A DNA stretch of 64,000 nt from Antedon mediterranea (taxonomy: Eukaryota > Animalia > Echinodermata), in the NCBI RefSeq assembly GCF_964355755.1, contig NC_092674.1, positions 7,254,001 through 7,318,000 on the forward strand, given 5' to 3'. The position numbers were made by a program, and so were the translations under genes. Every line of letters starts with the position of its first letter. Position 1 is the first letter of the stretch. Under the pieces are notes generated by a model that saw nothing but the letters and a program-made list of their open reading frames with translations, was not told the DNA's origin and did no database searches. Below are positions 12,001 through 23,110 of the stretch, one piece after another.

Positions 12001-15000
12001 ACACAAGTTATACCACAAAATCCACCTGTAAGCATTAACCCGTCGCAGCCTTTACTTGGTAAAACACCATTACTTCCAATTCCATTTAAGCCTCGATCTA
12101 TTCTTAAAAATGCTAATGAGAAAACACCTGTAGGGCCTAATGTACAAAATATGGATGTCTCTGACAATCTCGTTAACCAAGTACATCCTGCATTGAGAGA
12201 TATACCTGGTCTGAGGTTACACGAACCTGATCAAAGAATGCCTGTGCCTGGTGGAATGCCAATGCCTGGTCAAAGAATGCCTATGCCTGGACAAAGGATG
12301 CCAATGCCTGCTCAAATAAGAGATCGTGGACCTATGCATTTTAATGGACCAATGGGTGTTATACCAAGAAGAGAAGGCCCAGGGTTCAGAGATGATCTTC
12401 CTGGAAAAGATTTCCCTCCTGAAAGAGATTTCCCTCCTGAAAGAGATTTCCCCCCTGGAAAAGATTTACACCCCGGAAGAGATTTGCCACCTAATAACAA
12501 TTCAAGGATAAATACACGTAAAGACAGACTCAATGAAAGAACGTATAAAGATGAATTTGGCAGAGATGTTGTGGATAATAGAGATGAACGAGAAAGAAGG
12601 GAAGATGAAAGGAGGGAAGAAAAAAGAAGAATGGATAGAACTGATCGGGAAAGGGAAAGAAGAAGAAATGATCGTTTAAGAGAAACAAGAAGGGATGAAA
12701 GAAATAATGATGACAGAAAAGACCATTCAAGACGAGATAGTAAAGAAAGGGATAGAGGAAAGTCTCGTAGCTCACGACGTAGGTCTGTGTCACCATACAG
12801 ACGATCTCGATCCCCACGTGATAGACGTGAACGTTCATCCAGAAGTGAAAAAGACAGAAAGGAAAGTAAACCAAAAGAAAAGAAATCTGATGAGGGTAGT
12901 AGAAGTAGTAAAGAGGATGAAAGCCAAAGTGATACTTCAGAAAAAAAGCAAACTGTAAGTGTCAAAATATCAGAAAAATCAAAAGAGGAAGACAAATCAA
13001 AAACTATAGAAGAGAAGTCATCAAAGAGAAAATCAGATGTAATAGATGCAACTAAAATAACAGAAGAAACAACATCTAAGAAGGCAAAGATACAAGATGA
13101 TGATGAAGGTCAAGCAAAGTAAGTATTGCTAAATCCTATAAGGATTTGTAATGAATAATATGTCTAGCAACTCTCAAACTCAAAACTTTATCAAAAATTA
13201 CCATACAATGACTAAAAACTTCCTGTTCTCTATTGAAGCTTCATTTAATGTCATACTCTTATTATTTCAATTCTGTCTAGTAGTATTCAGAAAAATAATG
13301 GTAAATGGGAAGAAGAGCCTTGGTGCGAGAGACTTGGACCTACTAAGGATGTCAATCCAAAAGAAAGCTCGGAAAAGAAGAAATCTGCAAACCAAAGCCC
13401 ATCAAGAAATACACGTTTTGAAGAAAGTCCTGCTAAAGATAGTCCTGATAGTCCCGTTCAAGATGAAAGGTCTACTGATTCACATCCTATGGTTGTAGAT
13501 AGAAGTCCACCCTTCAGACGAGTTAGTATAGACCCATCAGTAAAGATACCCAAAGAACTATCTGCCCAAATGCTGCCTAAAATACTTGCTAATGTAAGTA
13601 CTGTAGTACTTAATTGTTTACTTTCAATCTAATCTAATATATTTTTATAACCGATTTTGAATAATTGTATAAAAATTAAAAAGAACTGCAGACATTTGTT
13701 TAAATATAATAAAAAATAATAATGTCTTCATAATACTAAACAAAATCATTTAAATTGTATTGTATTTTTATAGTTATGGTCAGGACTATTGTTTGTGATT
13801 GATTTCACATTGTAGATAATTATTTATTAATTCAATTATTTCTTCTTCAGGCTGGCAAACAATTGGACTCCGGACAAATTGATCATAAACAACACCAGGA
13901 ACTACTCAGTAAACTCTCAGAAGTTTATAAGTTCCAACAACAGAAAACCGATGAAATATCTTGGCAACGAAGCGAGGCGCTACTTTCACCAAGCAGGAAA
14001 ACTACAAGTAAAGATAAAGATGAACGTGTTAGGGTTTCCAAAGATATTCCAACTGATAAAGATAAAAATGTACACTCTGAAAAACCACAAGATAAAGACA
14101 TGAGAAGAAAAGATGATACCGATATGCGAAAGTTAGGTGACAAAGATGATCGCAAGATGGATACTAAAACTGTTGAAGAGGAAGAGGAGATGTTAGAAAG
14201 TGGGAGTGATGTTCCAATGGCAATTGATCAAGACATGAGAAGTTTACCAAAAGCTGTTGATAAGGATGAACGCAGATCTTCAGTCAATAAAGAAAAGAAA
14301 TCTGAAGAGGATTTAGATATGCGAAAACAAGAAAATAAGAAACAAATATTACATTCCAGTGATAGTGATAAAGATGAAAGAGTTAAATCTGACAGAGACT
14401 TTCGCCAGAAAAGAAGGGAAGGCCTTAGATCTTCTGCAGCAAATGAAACAGATAAGGATGAACGAATGGAAAACTTGAAGAAAAACCAAACTGAAATTAA
14501 GGAAAGAGACTCAGGACCAGATTTTGAAACCGCAGAAGATCCAAAACCTCAAAGTGATTTTGATAGTCGTTTTGGACATGGAATGCACCCATTTATGCAA
14601 ATTGATGCTCCAGCAAAAGTCAAACAAGAAACTTCACTTACTAGCCCAGGAATTCGTGACTCAGGAGAATATTGGGGACAACAGGATCCAAAAATGCAAC
14701 AGAAAAAGACAGCAAAATGGGATAAATGGCGATCTGACCACCCAGAACATTTTGGAAAAGAAGATCCTGAGCGAATTCGTCAAAATAGTGCATCTGAAGA
14801 CTCTGACAATCCATTTGGTATGGATTTAGGATTGCCATCAAAAGATGTTGATGAACGCGTGTTTCAACGTCCACCTAAAAGGTAATTACTGTTGTTACAA
14901 TCCCTATAGAGAAATTTAAATAAGTACTGTAGAGGGAAATTGAAATCTACTGTAGTTGTATTTTTTTAGCCAAATTTATTGATTTATATTAAAAAGTATC

Positions 15001-18000
15001 TATTTTCTGATATTTTTTATGTAAACATAATTTGAATACATTTTTATTTTGAATTCAATGACTATTTTAGGGAGCTGCCACCTAGTGATATGGATATGCG
15101 AACACCTATGGACATCGATAGTCGTGAGATGAAATCACAAGTGGATTTACCTAGTAGTAGTCTGGAAAGAAAACCAGAACCACCAATTCATGATGTACTC
15201 TTGCATCCAGTGGATCGTGAAGGTAGACGTTTGGCAGTTGGTCCAGATGGAAAACTTTTAATTGGCGATGATGGAAAACTGGTGAAATTAGGAGCAGATG
15301 GTAGACTTCGAAGAGAACAAGAAATCCGACCACACATTAAAGAATTTGAAAATAGGCCTGATAGGCCACCTCATCCGAGTAGGGAAAGAGTTTTTGAAGA
15401 ACATGGACGACCACTTCTTAATCGTGATGGACGACCTGCTTTTGAGAGAGAAAGAAGACCTGCTTTTGACAGAAGACCTATTGTTGATCGTGATGGGAGA
15501 CCAGTATTTGATCGTGATGGGAGACCAGTGTTTGATCGTGATGGACGATTAGTATTTGATCGTGATGGAAGACCTATACATAATCGTGATGGTAGACCTT
15601 TAATTGATCGCGATGGTCGACCTTTACTTGATCGTGATGGTCGACCTCTACTTGATCGTGATGGACGGCCTGTACTTGATCGTGACGGACGTCCTGTACT
15701 TGATCGTGACGGACGACCTTTACTTGATCGTGACGGACGACCTGTAGTTGATCGTGATGGGAGGCCTTTGCTTGACCGAAATGGGAGACCAGTTTTTGAG
15801 CGTGATAGAAGAACTATACTTGACCGTGATGGAAGGCCTGTTTTTGAACGTGACAGAAGGCCTTTTCATGAACGAGACAGAAGACTTGGCCTTGACCGTG
15901 ATGGAAGAGTTTTCAACCGCGATGAAAGACGTCTCCTTGAGCATGACAGAAGACCAGTTATTGATCGTGATGGAAGACCAATTATTGATCGTGATGGAAG
16001 ACCTATTCTCAACCGTGGTGGAAGACCACCACTTCCATTAGGAGCAGATGGAAAACCACTTCCAATGGGACTTCCACTCGGACCTGATGGAAGACCACTA
16101 CCTCTTCCTCTCGGACCTGATGGACGCCCTATTCCTCTCGGACCTGATGGACGTCCTGTCGGACCTGATGGCCGTCCTCTTCCCATAGAATTGGAAAAGG
16201 CACTTCCTTTAGGACCTGATGGGCGTCCTCTTCAATTGGGACCAGATGGACTACCAATTCCAGGCTTGCCTGTTAATGGAAACCCAATGCACTTTACTAT
16301 GGAGATGATTGTTAATCAAGCCGTCCAAAATGTTACTCAGATGATAGGTCGTAATATAGGCATACCTGGTCAAAGATATGTCACTCCAGGGCTAGATAAC
16401 CAACCAGCATCTACATTCCCTCTAGAGCCAAGTAAGTAAACACTGAGCATTTATTGAAATCATGAAACTAATCAAATCGTAAAAGATTTTAAATTATTTT
16501 ATTGATTTTTAGTGTACTTTTGTATTAGTTTAAGTAAATAATGATATTTAATTAATCAATTCAATTGCAGCTCTACCTCCACAGCAAGAACCAATTCAAA
16601 CCCAAGGAGATGTCAACTCGCTATTTGCTAAGTTGTTGGAGACTGGAATAATTACAAAAAAGACAGTTCCAGTAGAAAAAGCCGAAAGGTCAGACTCACC
16701 GTCTGTTGCTCACTCAGAAAGTGAGAAGAAAGAAGTGAAACCAGATGAAAAGGCAGACTCCGATAATGAAGAATGTGAAAGAGATCTTACAATTCCACCA
16801 ATTACATTTGATCTTAAAGACCTCAAAGAGTAAGTCTTTTGTAATGTTCTTTGTGTCAATTAAGTACTTGTGTCATCAGTAAACTCTCTTATACCTCCTG
16901 GTCGTTAACTAATACAGTAACTATTTTAGGTTTATGAGGTAAATCCTCTTAAAAATGTTTCTGTTGTTTAAAATCGTTATCAGCATTAGAAGTTTCTATT
17001 AATAAATTGATAAAATGAATTCCTTTTCTTTCTCTTCTAGACGCTATCCTGGCGTAATAAAAAGCATTTACTCAGGAACGCAGTGCAAGTCCTGTGGACT
17101 TCGATTCACCATCAACCAGATGGATGGCTATCGCAAACATCTTGATTGGCACTTCAAGTTAAACCGCAAGGATCGTGATGATGTGAAGGCACGTACCTCT
17201 CGCAGATGGTTCCTTAGTTCCGATAGCTGGATTGTTTACGAGAACTTTGATAACTTACAAGAAGGAGGTACAGTATAAACAGAACACAATTAATAGTATA
17301 CATATAAGGAATGTTTATGAGTTATTTGGAGACTTTTTACAATTTTTTTTAAAAGGCTGTGCTTAAACTTTGACATGGAGTAGAGTAAACAGTTATAGAT
17401 GGCGTGCACAACAGGTTAATTTCCAAACACAATTGTAACAACAATGCTGCGGAAATCAGTCAACAATGTCGTGTGGCAACAAATTCTGAAAATATTTACA
17501 AAAAGCTTAACATGCTTATCACCATTAGATATGACTTTTTCATGAGATAGGGCTAATTCCCAACCAATCAAATTGCAAGAGTACAGGTGTGTTATAATTT
17601 TTTAAAGCATGGGTTTAGAATATTTGGAATAAGTTTTTACTAATGTTGAAAATGTCTTTCAATTTGTAGCCGAGACTTCATTTTTTGAGGAGCAGGCAGT
17701 TCAGATGAAAGTAACTGAATTTAAAGTTAGCAGTGTGCCCATCATACCAGGAAATGATAAGGATGATGTAAGTAATTATGCTAATTTATTCAATTGTAGT
17801 AAACTCAAACCAACCACATATCAACACCTATAAACCAGAGTTTTTTGTAAACCACACCAATCAGAAATGCAGTCTGAGACACGAAAAAAAAAGTATGATG
17901 TGCTCAAATATGGTAGTGATATTAAATCATCGTGTCCTATATATTGAGGATTTGTAACAAATTTGTTCTTTTTTATATATTTTAGATTTGTAAAGTATGT

Positions 18001-19384
18001 CACGAACCATTCCAACAGTTCTGGGATGAAGATGAAGAGCAATGGCAGCTGAAAGATGCTGTACGAATTGATAACAAGGTAAGCACAGATTAATCGCAGT
18101 TATGGTTGGCAGTCCTTGGCTATGGTATGGTGTTGTGAGTTTCACTAGCCCACTGTCTGTTTCACAAGCACCTAAAATTTGAGATTTTTAAAAGTACAAT
18201 AAATAAACAATTTATTTCAGAATTTGGTTAGTCATTTTGGACACTTCCCCTCTGAAATATATTTTCTGACACTACGGCGAACTCCAGTCCTGAAGGTGTA
18301 ATCTTATAAATATCACTAATAACCACTTTGTTTTATACTTTATATAGACATACCATCCAACATGTTATCAAGATGCGAAAGAGGTAAGTGTTTTATTAAT
18401 TAAACAAATTGATATTTTTAACAGAATAAAGAACAGTAAAGAACAGATATATTCTGTCAATTTTTCATGGCATCATTAAATCTAATGTTAATTACTTAAA
18501 ATGCTTTTGATTTTTATAATGCTTTTTCTTCAGCTCCTCCACTTTTATCTTTTTTTTAAAGAAATACTGAAATAAAATGGCTACAAATGTTTTTTTTTTT
18601 ATAGAATTCGTTATTGGAGCCTCCTACACCAAGTGATGGCATGTTAAGTCCTCCATTTAAATTCAAATCAGATTTGGTGTTCTCGTCGGATGCACCTGTT
18701 GCAAAATTGTTCAAAGATTTCACAGAAACAGAACCAATGGATAATATTAGTACTACTCGAGACAAAACAAATGTTAATAAAACGGTCTCTGAGAATAGTA
18801 CGCAATTGTTAGATAATTTACAAATCAAAAAAGACATTGACGATGTTACTCCATCAGTAGATGAAACGGTAAAAGACTCTACGATGGAACAAAAGAGTGA
18901 AAGAGAACAAAAGAGTGAAGAGGACCAAGAAAATGTTGAATTGAATGTAGAAATAAAGATTGAAAAAGATACATCATCAGCTGGTACTGGTGAGACTGCC
19001 AATACTGTTGTTAAAATGGAACCAGAGGAAGTTTTGACCAGTAATACTGGTGAAACATCTGGAACAGATACTGTAACAGATTCTGTAAGTTTGGAACAAT
19101 CAAAAAAAGAAATTTTGTTGCAAAGTGAAATTAAAACTGAGCAAGAGCTTACAGATCCTAGCAATATCTCTGAAGGTGAATCGAAAGAAAGCGATATGGC
19201 TGCGAAGGCAGAGGAATCAACAGAAGATGAAGCAGCTGGTGATTTGAAGATCGACACCGATAGTCCGGCTCCAAGCAACGAGGAGGATGCTCCTGTTCCT
19301 GTTATGAATGCCATCCAAGTTGTTGGTGGTTTACCAAGGACTAGTTTACGAAGCAACAAAGGTAGAATCCATCGTGACTGGTGA
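5924..19384 (+). CDS. PCF11: Pre-mRNA cleavage complex II protein Pcf11, whole gene span (14 coding exons, 6336 nt, about 2111 aa)
   Basis: N-terminal CID (NSKPMINALTMLA, KLPILYLMDSIIKN), RDPRL motifs, DVNSLFAKLLETGII, C2H2 finger QCKSCGLRF...HLDWHF, Clp1-binding SRRWF..W, C2HC finger CKVCHEPF...YHPTC. All introns are GT-AG and phase-consistent. Confidence 0.97.
8201..8508. mobile_element. MITE-like foldback element in PCF11 intron 1
   Basis: 21-bp perfect inverted repeat AATAAATGAGAAGGATTTGTA (8207-8227 / 8485-8505) plus an inner ATCAATCCA/TGGATTGAT pair. Confidence 0.65.
9072..9197 (+). CDS. PCF11: PCF11 exon 2 (CID)
   Basis: tag|VNGKEKLPILYLMDSIIKNSGGIYLRCFSVNLVQTFVGAFSK|gt. Confidence 0.93.
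9631..9949. repeat. Interspersed repeat with two internal inverted-repeat pairs, unclassified
   Basis: TATATAACACC/GGTGTTATATA and CAAATAATGAATGTTT/AAACATTCAATATTTG. Related fragments near 17560-17596 and 62510-62535. Confidence 0.4.
10272..10388. mobile_element. Short degenerate MITE
   Basis: Imperfect termini CAATGGCATAAC / GTTAGCCAGTG around a GC-rich GGCCC-containing core. Confidence 0.35.
10724..10915 (+). CDS. PCF11: PCF11 exon 3 (end of CID)
   Basis: VDEKTRESMFKLRSTW...DPAWPI...IHVNPKFIKK. Confidence 0.93.
11286..11633 (+). CDS. PCF11: PCF11 exon 4 (coiled coil)
   Basis: catag|GAG ... GAG|gtaagg. QQQLLQLKRKELEFELEQTK. Confidence 0.9.
11800..13118 (+). CDS. PCF11: PCF11 exon 5 (RDPR repeats, RS/RE-rich region)
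   Basis: tatag|ACT ... AA|gtaagt. Long ORF. Confidence 0.9.
13281..13593 (+). CDS. PCF11: PCF11 exon 6
   Basis: ctag|T AGT ATT ... AAT|gtaagt. Open frame SIQKNNGKWEEEPWCERLG...IPKELSAQMLPKILAN, not in the ORF track. Confidence 0.85.
13851..14881 (+). CDS. PCF11: PCF11 exon 7
   Basis: ttcag|GCT ... AG|gtaatt. DxDxR motifs. Confidence 0.9.
15071..16431 (+). CDS. PCF11: PCF11 exon 8 (DRDGRP and GPDGRP repeats)
   Basis: tttag|G GAG ... A|gtaagt. Confidence 0.9.
16571..16829 (+). CDS. PCF11: PCF11 exon 9
   Basis: DVNSLFAKLLETGII motif. tgcag| ... GA|gtaagt. Confidence 0.9.
17041..17267 (+). CDS. PCF11: PCF11 exon 10 (C2H2 zinc finger, Clp1-binding segment)
   Basis: QCKSCGLRF...HLDWHF...SRRWFLSSDSW. 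Confidence 0.95.
17670..17767 (+). CDS. PCF11: PCF11 exon 11
   Basis: ETSFFEEQ...SSVPIIPGNDKDD|gtaagt. Phase 1/0. Confidence 0.88.
17986..18078 (+). CDS. PCF11: PCF11 exon 12 (C2HC zinc finger)
   Basis: ICKVCHEPFQQFWDEDEEQWQLKDAVRIDNK. Confidence 0.93.
18348..18383 (+). CDS. PCF11: PCF11 exon 13 (36 nt)
   Basis: TYHPTCYQDAKE|gtaagt completes the C2HC finger. Confidence 0.92.
18605..19384 (+). CDS. PCF11: PCF11 exon 14 (acidic tail and stop)
   Basis: T-tract plus atag|AAT TCG TTA, open to TGA at 19384. Confidence 0.85.
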   Translation, partial: NSLLEPPTPSDGMLSPPFKFKSDLVFSSDAPVAKLFKDFTETEPMDNISTTRDKTNVNKTVSENSTQLLDNLQIKKDIDDVTPSVDETVKDSTMEQKSEREQKSEEDQENVELNVEIKIEKDTSSAGTGETANTVVKMEPEEVLTSNTGETSGTDTVTDSVSLEQSKKEILLQSEIKTEQELTDPSNISEGESKESDMAAKAEESTEDEAAGDLKIDTDSPAPSNEEDAPVPVMNAIQVVGGLPRTSLRSNKGRIHRDW

Positions 19385-19511
19385 AAGAGCTAAAACATCG
19401 TTAAAATGTATTCTGATATTCTGTGTACCACAAGCATAGCTGGTCTATGTAAGAGTAAAGTGCTGTATCAATGGATTTGTTGATGAATTTTTACACTTGA
19501 ACGTATTCTAT

Positions 19512-19646
19512 TGTACTGTCTGCACTATCAAACTAGTTTGACAAAAAAAGTGTGATGTGGCCAAATATGGTAGTGATATGTCATCGTGTCCATGTATAAG
19601 CACATCACATTTTTTTGTCGTAAGGATTGCTAGTGTAGACAGAGTT
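19512..19646. mobile_element. Harbinger-type MITE family A, in the PCF11 3' UTR
   Basis: TIR consensus AGCTCTGTCTACACTATCAAAC with a CCAAATATGGTAGTGATAT core. Nine full or partial copies in the window. Confidence 0.8.
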
Positions 19647-20370
19647 TAAACACGGGCAAACACAATTTGTTTCAATATAATGGGATAATAATAAAATTTA
19701 AATATAATATAAGAAAGTTTATGAAGTTGTAGTCTTTGTTTTGAAACATAGTTTAGTTTGATAAAGATTGTTTAATCATCAAAATACAAGTGATTGGAAC
19801 TAAATTAGGCTAAAAGAAGGCTTTAAAAGTCGAGAACTGTAGGAAGAGTCCAATACACATATACCTATGTGGATTGGACTGGAGTTGAGAACCATTTTCT
19901 AAAATAAAATGCGGCTTTCTGGGTACAACCTGGGTATCTAGTCGTTTCTGATTGTGAAAAAGTTACAATGTAAAAATATAAATAATATACAGTAATTCAG
20001 AATTAATCGTGACCTGTTCTTTGATGAATCCAGTTTGTCTTCGATAAAAATTTTGTATATTTTTAAGTGTTACATTTGCAATATCATTTTTAAATGTTGA
20101 ATGCCTTGAACACTACTACTGAGAAGTTAACATTTATCTGTATAATTTGGGGTTTTTTGCGTTCAATTAAAAAAGTGAAATATTGTTTCTAATGCAAAAA
20201 TTACAAAACTAAAAGAAAATATTTTCAAAGTGAAGGTGATTTAATAAATTTTATATGAAAAAAGTAATGGAGCAAGAGTGTTTTAATTTGTAATTTGTCA
20301 ATGGTACTAAAAGAATCATCAGGGGATAGTTTAAATCGCTGGTGCTGCATGAAATGGGATATAATTTATA

Positions 20371-22995
20371 ATTTTTCGAAAAATGGTCAAATTTCAACAT
20401 TTTTATTTTTCGATATAACTGGTTACTTTTGCGTAATTGACATGCGCCGAACATATTATTCGACTCTGCGCATGTTAATTATAATATAGTAAGCAGTTAT
20501 GTCAATAAATAAAAGGATCGAAAATTGGCAATTTTTCGGAAATTTCCATGTACTATAGTACAGGGATTTTTTCGAAAAATGGTCAAATTTCAACATTTTT
20601 ATTTTTTGATATAACTGGTTTAGCATAATTGACATGCGCAGAACATATTATTCGACTCTGCGCATATTGATTATGATATAGTAAGCAGTTATGTCAATAA
20701 ATAAAAGGATCGAAAATTGGCAATTTTTCAGAAATTTCTATGTACTATAGTACAGGGATTTTTTCGAAAAATGGTCAAATTTCAACATTTTTATTTTTCG
20801 ATATAACTGGTTACTATAGCATAATTGACATGCGCAGAACATATTATTCAACTCTGCGTATGTTAATTATAATATAGTAAGCAGTTATGTCAATAAATAA
20901 AAGGATCGAAAATTGGCCATTTTTCGGAAATTTCCATGTACTATAGTACAGGGATTTTCTTCGAATAATGGTCAAATTTCAACATTTTTATTTTTCGATG
21001 TAACTGGTTACTATAGCATAATTGATATGCGCAGAACATATTATTCGACTCTGCGCATGTTAATTATGATATAGTAAGCAGTTATGTCAATAAATAAATG
21101 GATCGAAAATTGGCCATTTTTCGGAAATTTCCATGTACTATAGTACAGGGATTTTTTCGAAAAATGGTCAAATTTCAACATTTTTATTTTTCAATATAAC
21201 TGGTTACTATAGCATAATTGACATGTGCAGAACATATTATTCGACTCTGCGCATGTTAATTATGATATAGTAAGCAGTTATGTCAATAAATAAAAGGATC
21301 GAAAATAGGCAATTTTTCAGAAATTTCCATGTACTATAGTACAGGGATTTTTTCGAAAAATGGTCAAATTTCAACATTTTTATTTTTCGATATAACTGGT
21401 TACTATAGCATAATTGACATGCGCAGAACATATTATTGGACTCTGCGCATGTTAATTATGATATATATAAATTTCCATATACTATAGTACAGGGATTTTT
21501 TCGAGAAATGGTCAAATTTCAACTTTTTTAATTTTCAATATAACTGGTTACTATAGCATAATTGACATGTGCAGAACATATTATTCGACTCTGCGCATGT
21601 TAATTATGATATAATAAGCAGTTATGTCAATAAATAAAAGGATCGAAAATAGGCAATTTTTCAGAAATTTCCATGTACTATAGTAGGGCCTACAGGGATT
21701 TTTTCGAAAAATGATCAAATTTCAAAATTTTTATTTTCGATATAACTGGTTACTATAGCATAATTGACATGCGCAGAACATATTATTCGACTCTGCGCAT
21801 GTTAATTATAATATAGTAAGCAGTTATGTCAATAAATAAAAGGATCGAAAATTTGCCATTTTTCGGAAATTTCCATATACTATAGTACAGGGATTTTTTC
21901 GAAAAATCGTCAAATTTCAACTTTTTTATTTTTCGATATAACTGGTTACTATAGCATAATTGACATGCGCAGAACATATTATTCGACTCTGCGCATGTTA
22001 ATTATGATATAGTAAGCAGTTATGTCAATAAATAAAAGGATCGAAAATTGGCCATTTTTCGGAAATTTCCATGTACTATAGTACAGGGATTTTTTCGAAA
22101 AATGGTCAAATTTCAACATTTTTATTTTTCGATATAACTGGTTACTATAGCATAATTGACATGCGCAGAACATATTATTCGACTCTGCGCATGTTAATTA
22201 TGATATAGTAAGCAGTTATGTCAATAATTGAAAGGATCGAAAATTGGCCATTTTTCGGAAATTTCCATGTACAGGGATTTTTTCGAAAAATTGTCAAATT
22301 TCAACATTTTTATTTTTCGATATAACTGGTTACTACAGCATAATTGACATGCGCAGAACATATTATTCGACTCTGCGCATGTTAATTATGATATAGTAAG
22401 CAGTTATGTCAATAAATAAATGGATCGAAAATTGGCAATTTTTCGGAAATTTCCATGTACTATAGTACAGGAATTTTTTCGAAAAATGGTCAAATTTCAA
22501 CATTTTTATTTTTCGATATAACTGGTTACTATAGCATAATTGACATGCGCAGAACATATTATTCGACTCTGCGCATGTTAATTATGATATAGTAAGCAGT
22601 TATGTCAATAAATAAAAGGATAAAAAATTGGCAATTTTTCGGAAATTTCCATGTACTATAGTACAGGGATTTTTTCGAAAAATTGTCAAATTTCAACATT
22701 TTTATTTTTCGATATAACTGGTTACTATAGCATAATTGACATGCGCAGAACATATTATTCGACTCTGCGCATATTAATTATGATATAGTAAGCAGTTATG
22801 TCAATAAATGAAAGGATCGAAAATTTGCCATTTTTCGTACAGGGATTTTTTCGAAAAATGGTTAAATTTCAACATTTTTACTTTTAATATAACTGGTTAC
22901 TATAGCATAATTGACATGCGCAGAACATATTATTCGACTCTGCACATGTTAATGATAATATTTTTTTTCGAAAAATGGTCAATTTTCTACCATTT
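20371..22995. repeat. Satellite array of about 14 palindromic ~196-bp monomers
   Basis: ORFs recur at 196-bp spacing (21783/21979, 22363/22559). Each monomer is an imperfect inverted repeat. Confidence 0.95.
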
Positions 22996-23110
22996 TTGAC
23001 ATGGTGGAAAATAATGTTGCCTATTCTTCAAATATTAACACAATATAAATCGAATTATCCTGCCATGATTTATTAAGAATTTGAAAAAAGGTTTGGTCTA
23101 TAACATTTAA

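Noticed and set aside
18520-18575. Extra acceptor ttcttcag at about 18533 giving a short alternative C-terminus
   Set aside because: No support beyond the AG. The acceptor at 18604 gives a long open terminal exon.
11979-19359. Minus-strand and alternate-frame ORFs over PCF11 (for example 12312-12995, 15866-16186, 18556-19359)
   Set aside because: Explained by low-complexity codon usage of the real exons.
20251-22999. Repeated 64-aa ORFs (MFCACQLCYS...) and a superficial CRISPR-like periodicity
   Set aside because: Products of the satellite. There are no unique spacers and no cas genes, and the context is eukaryotic.
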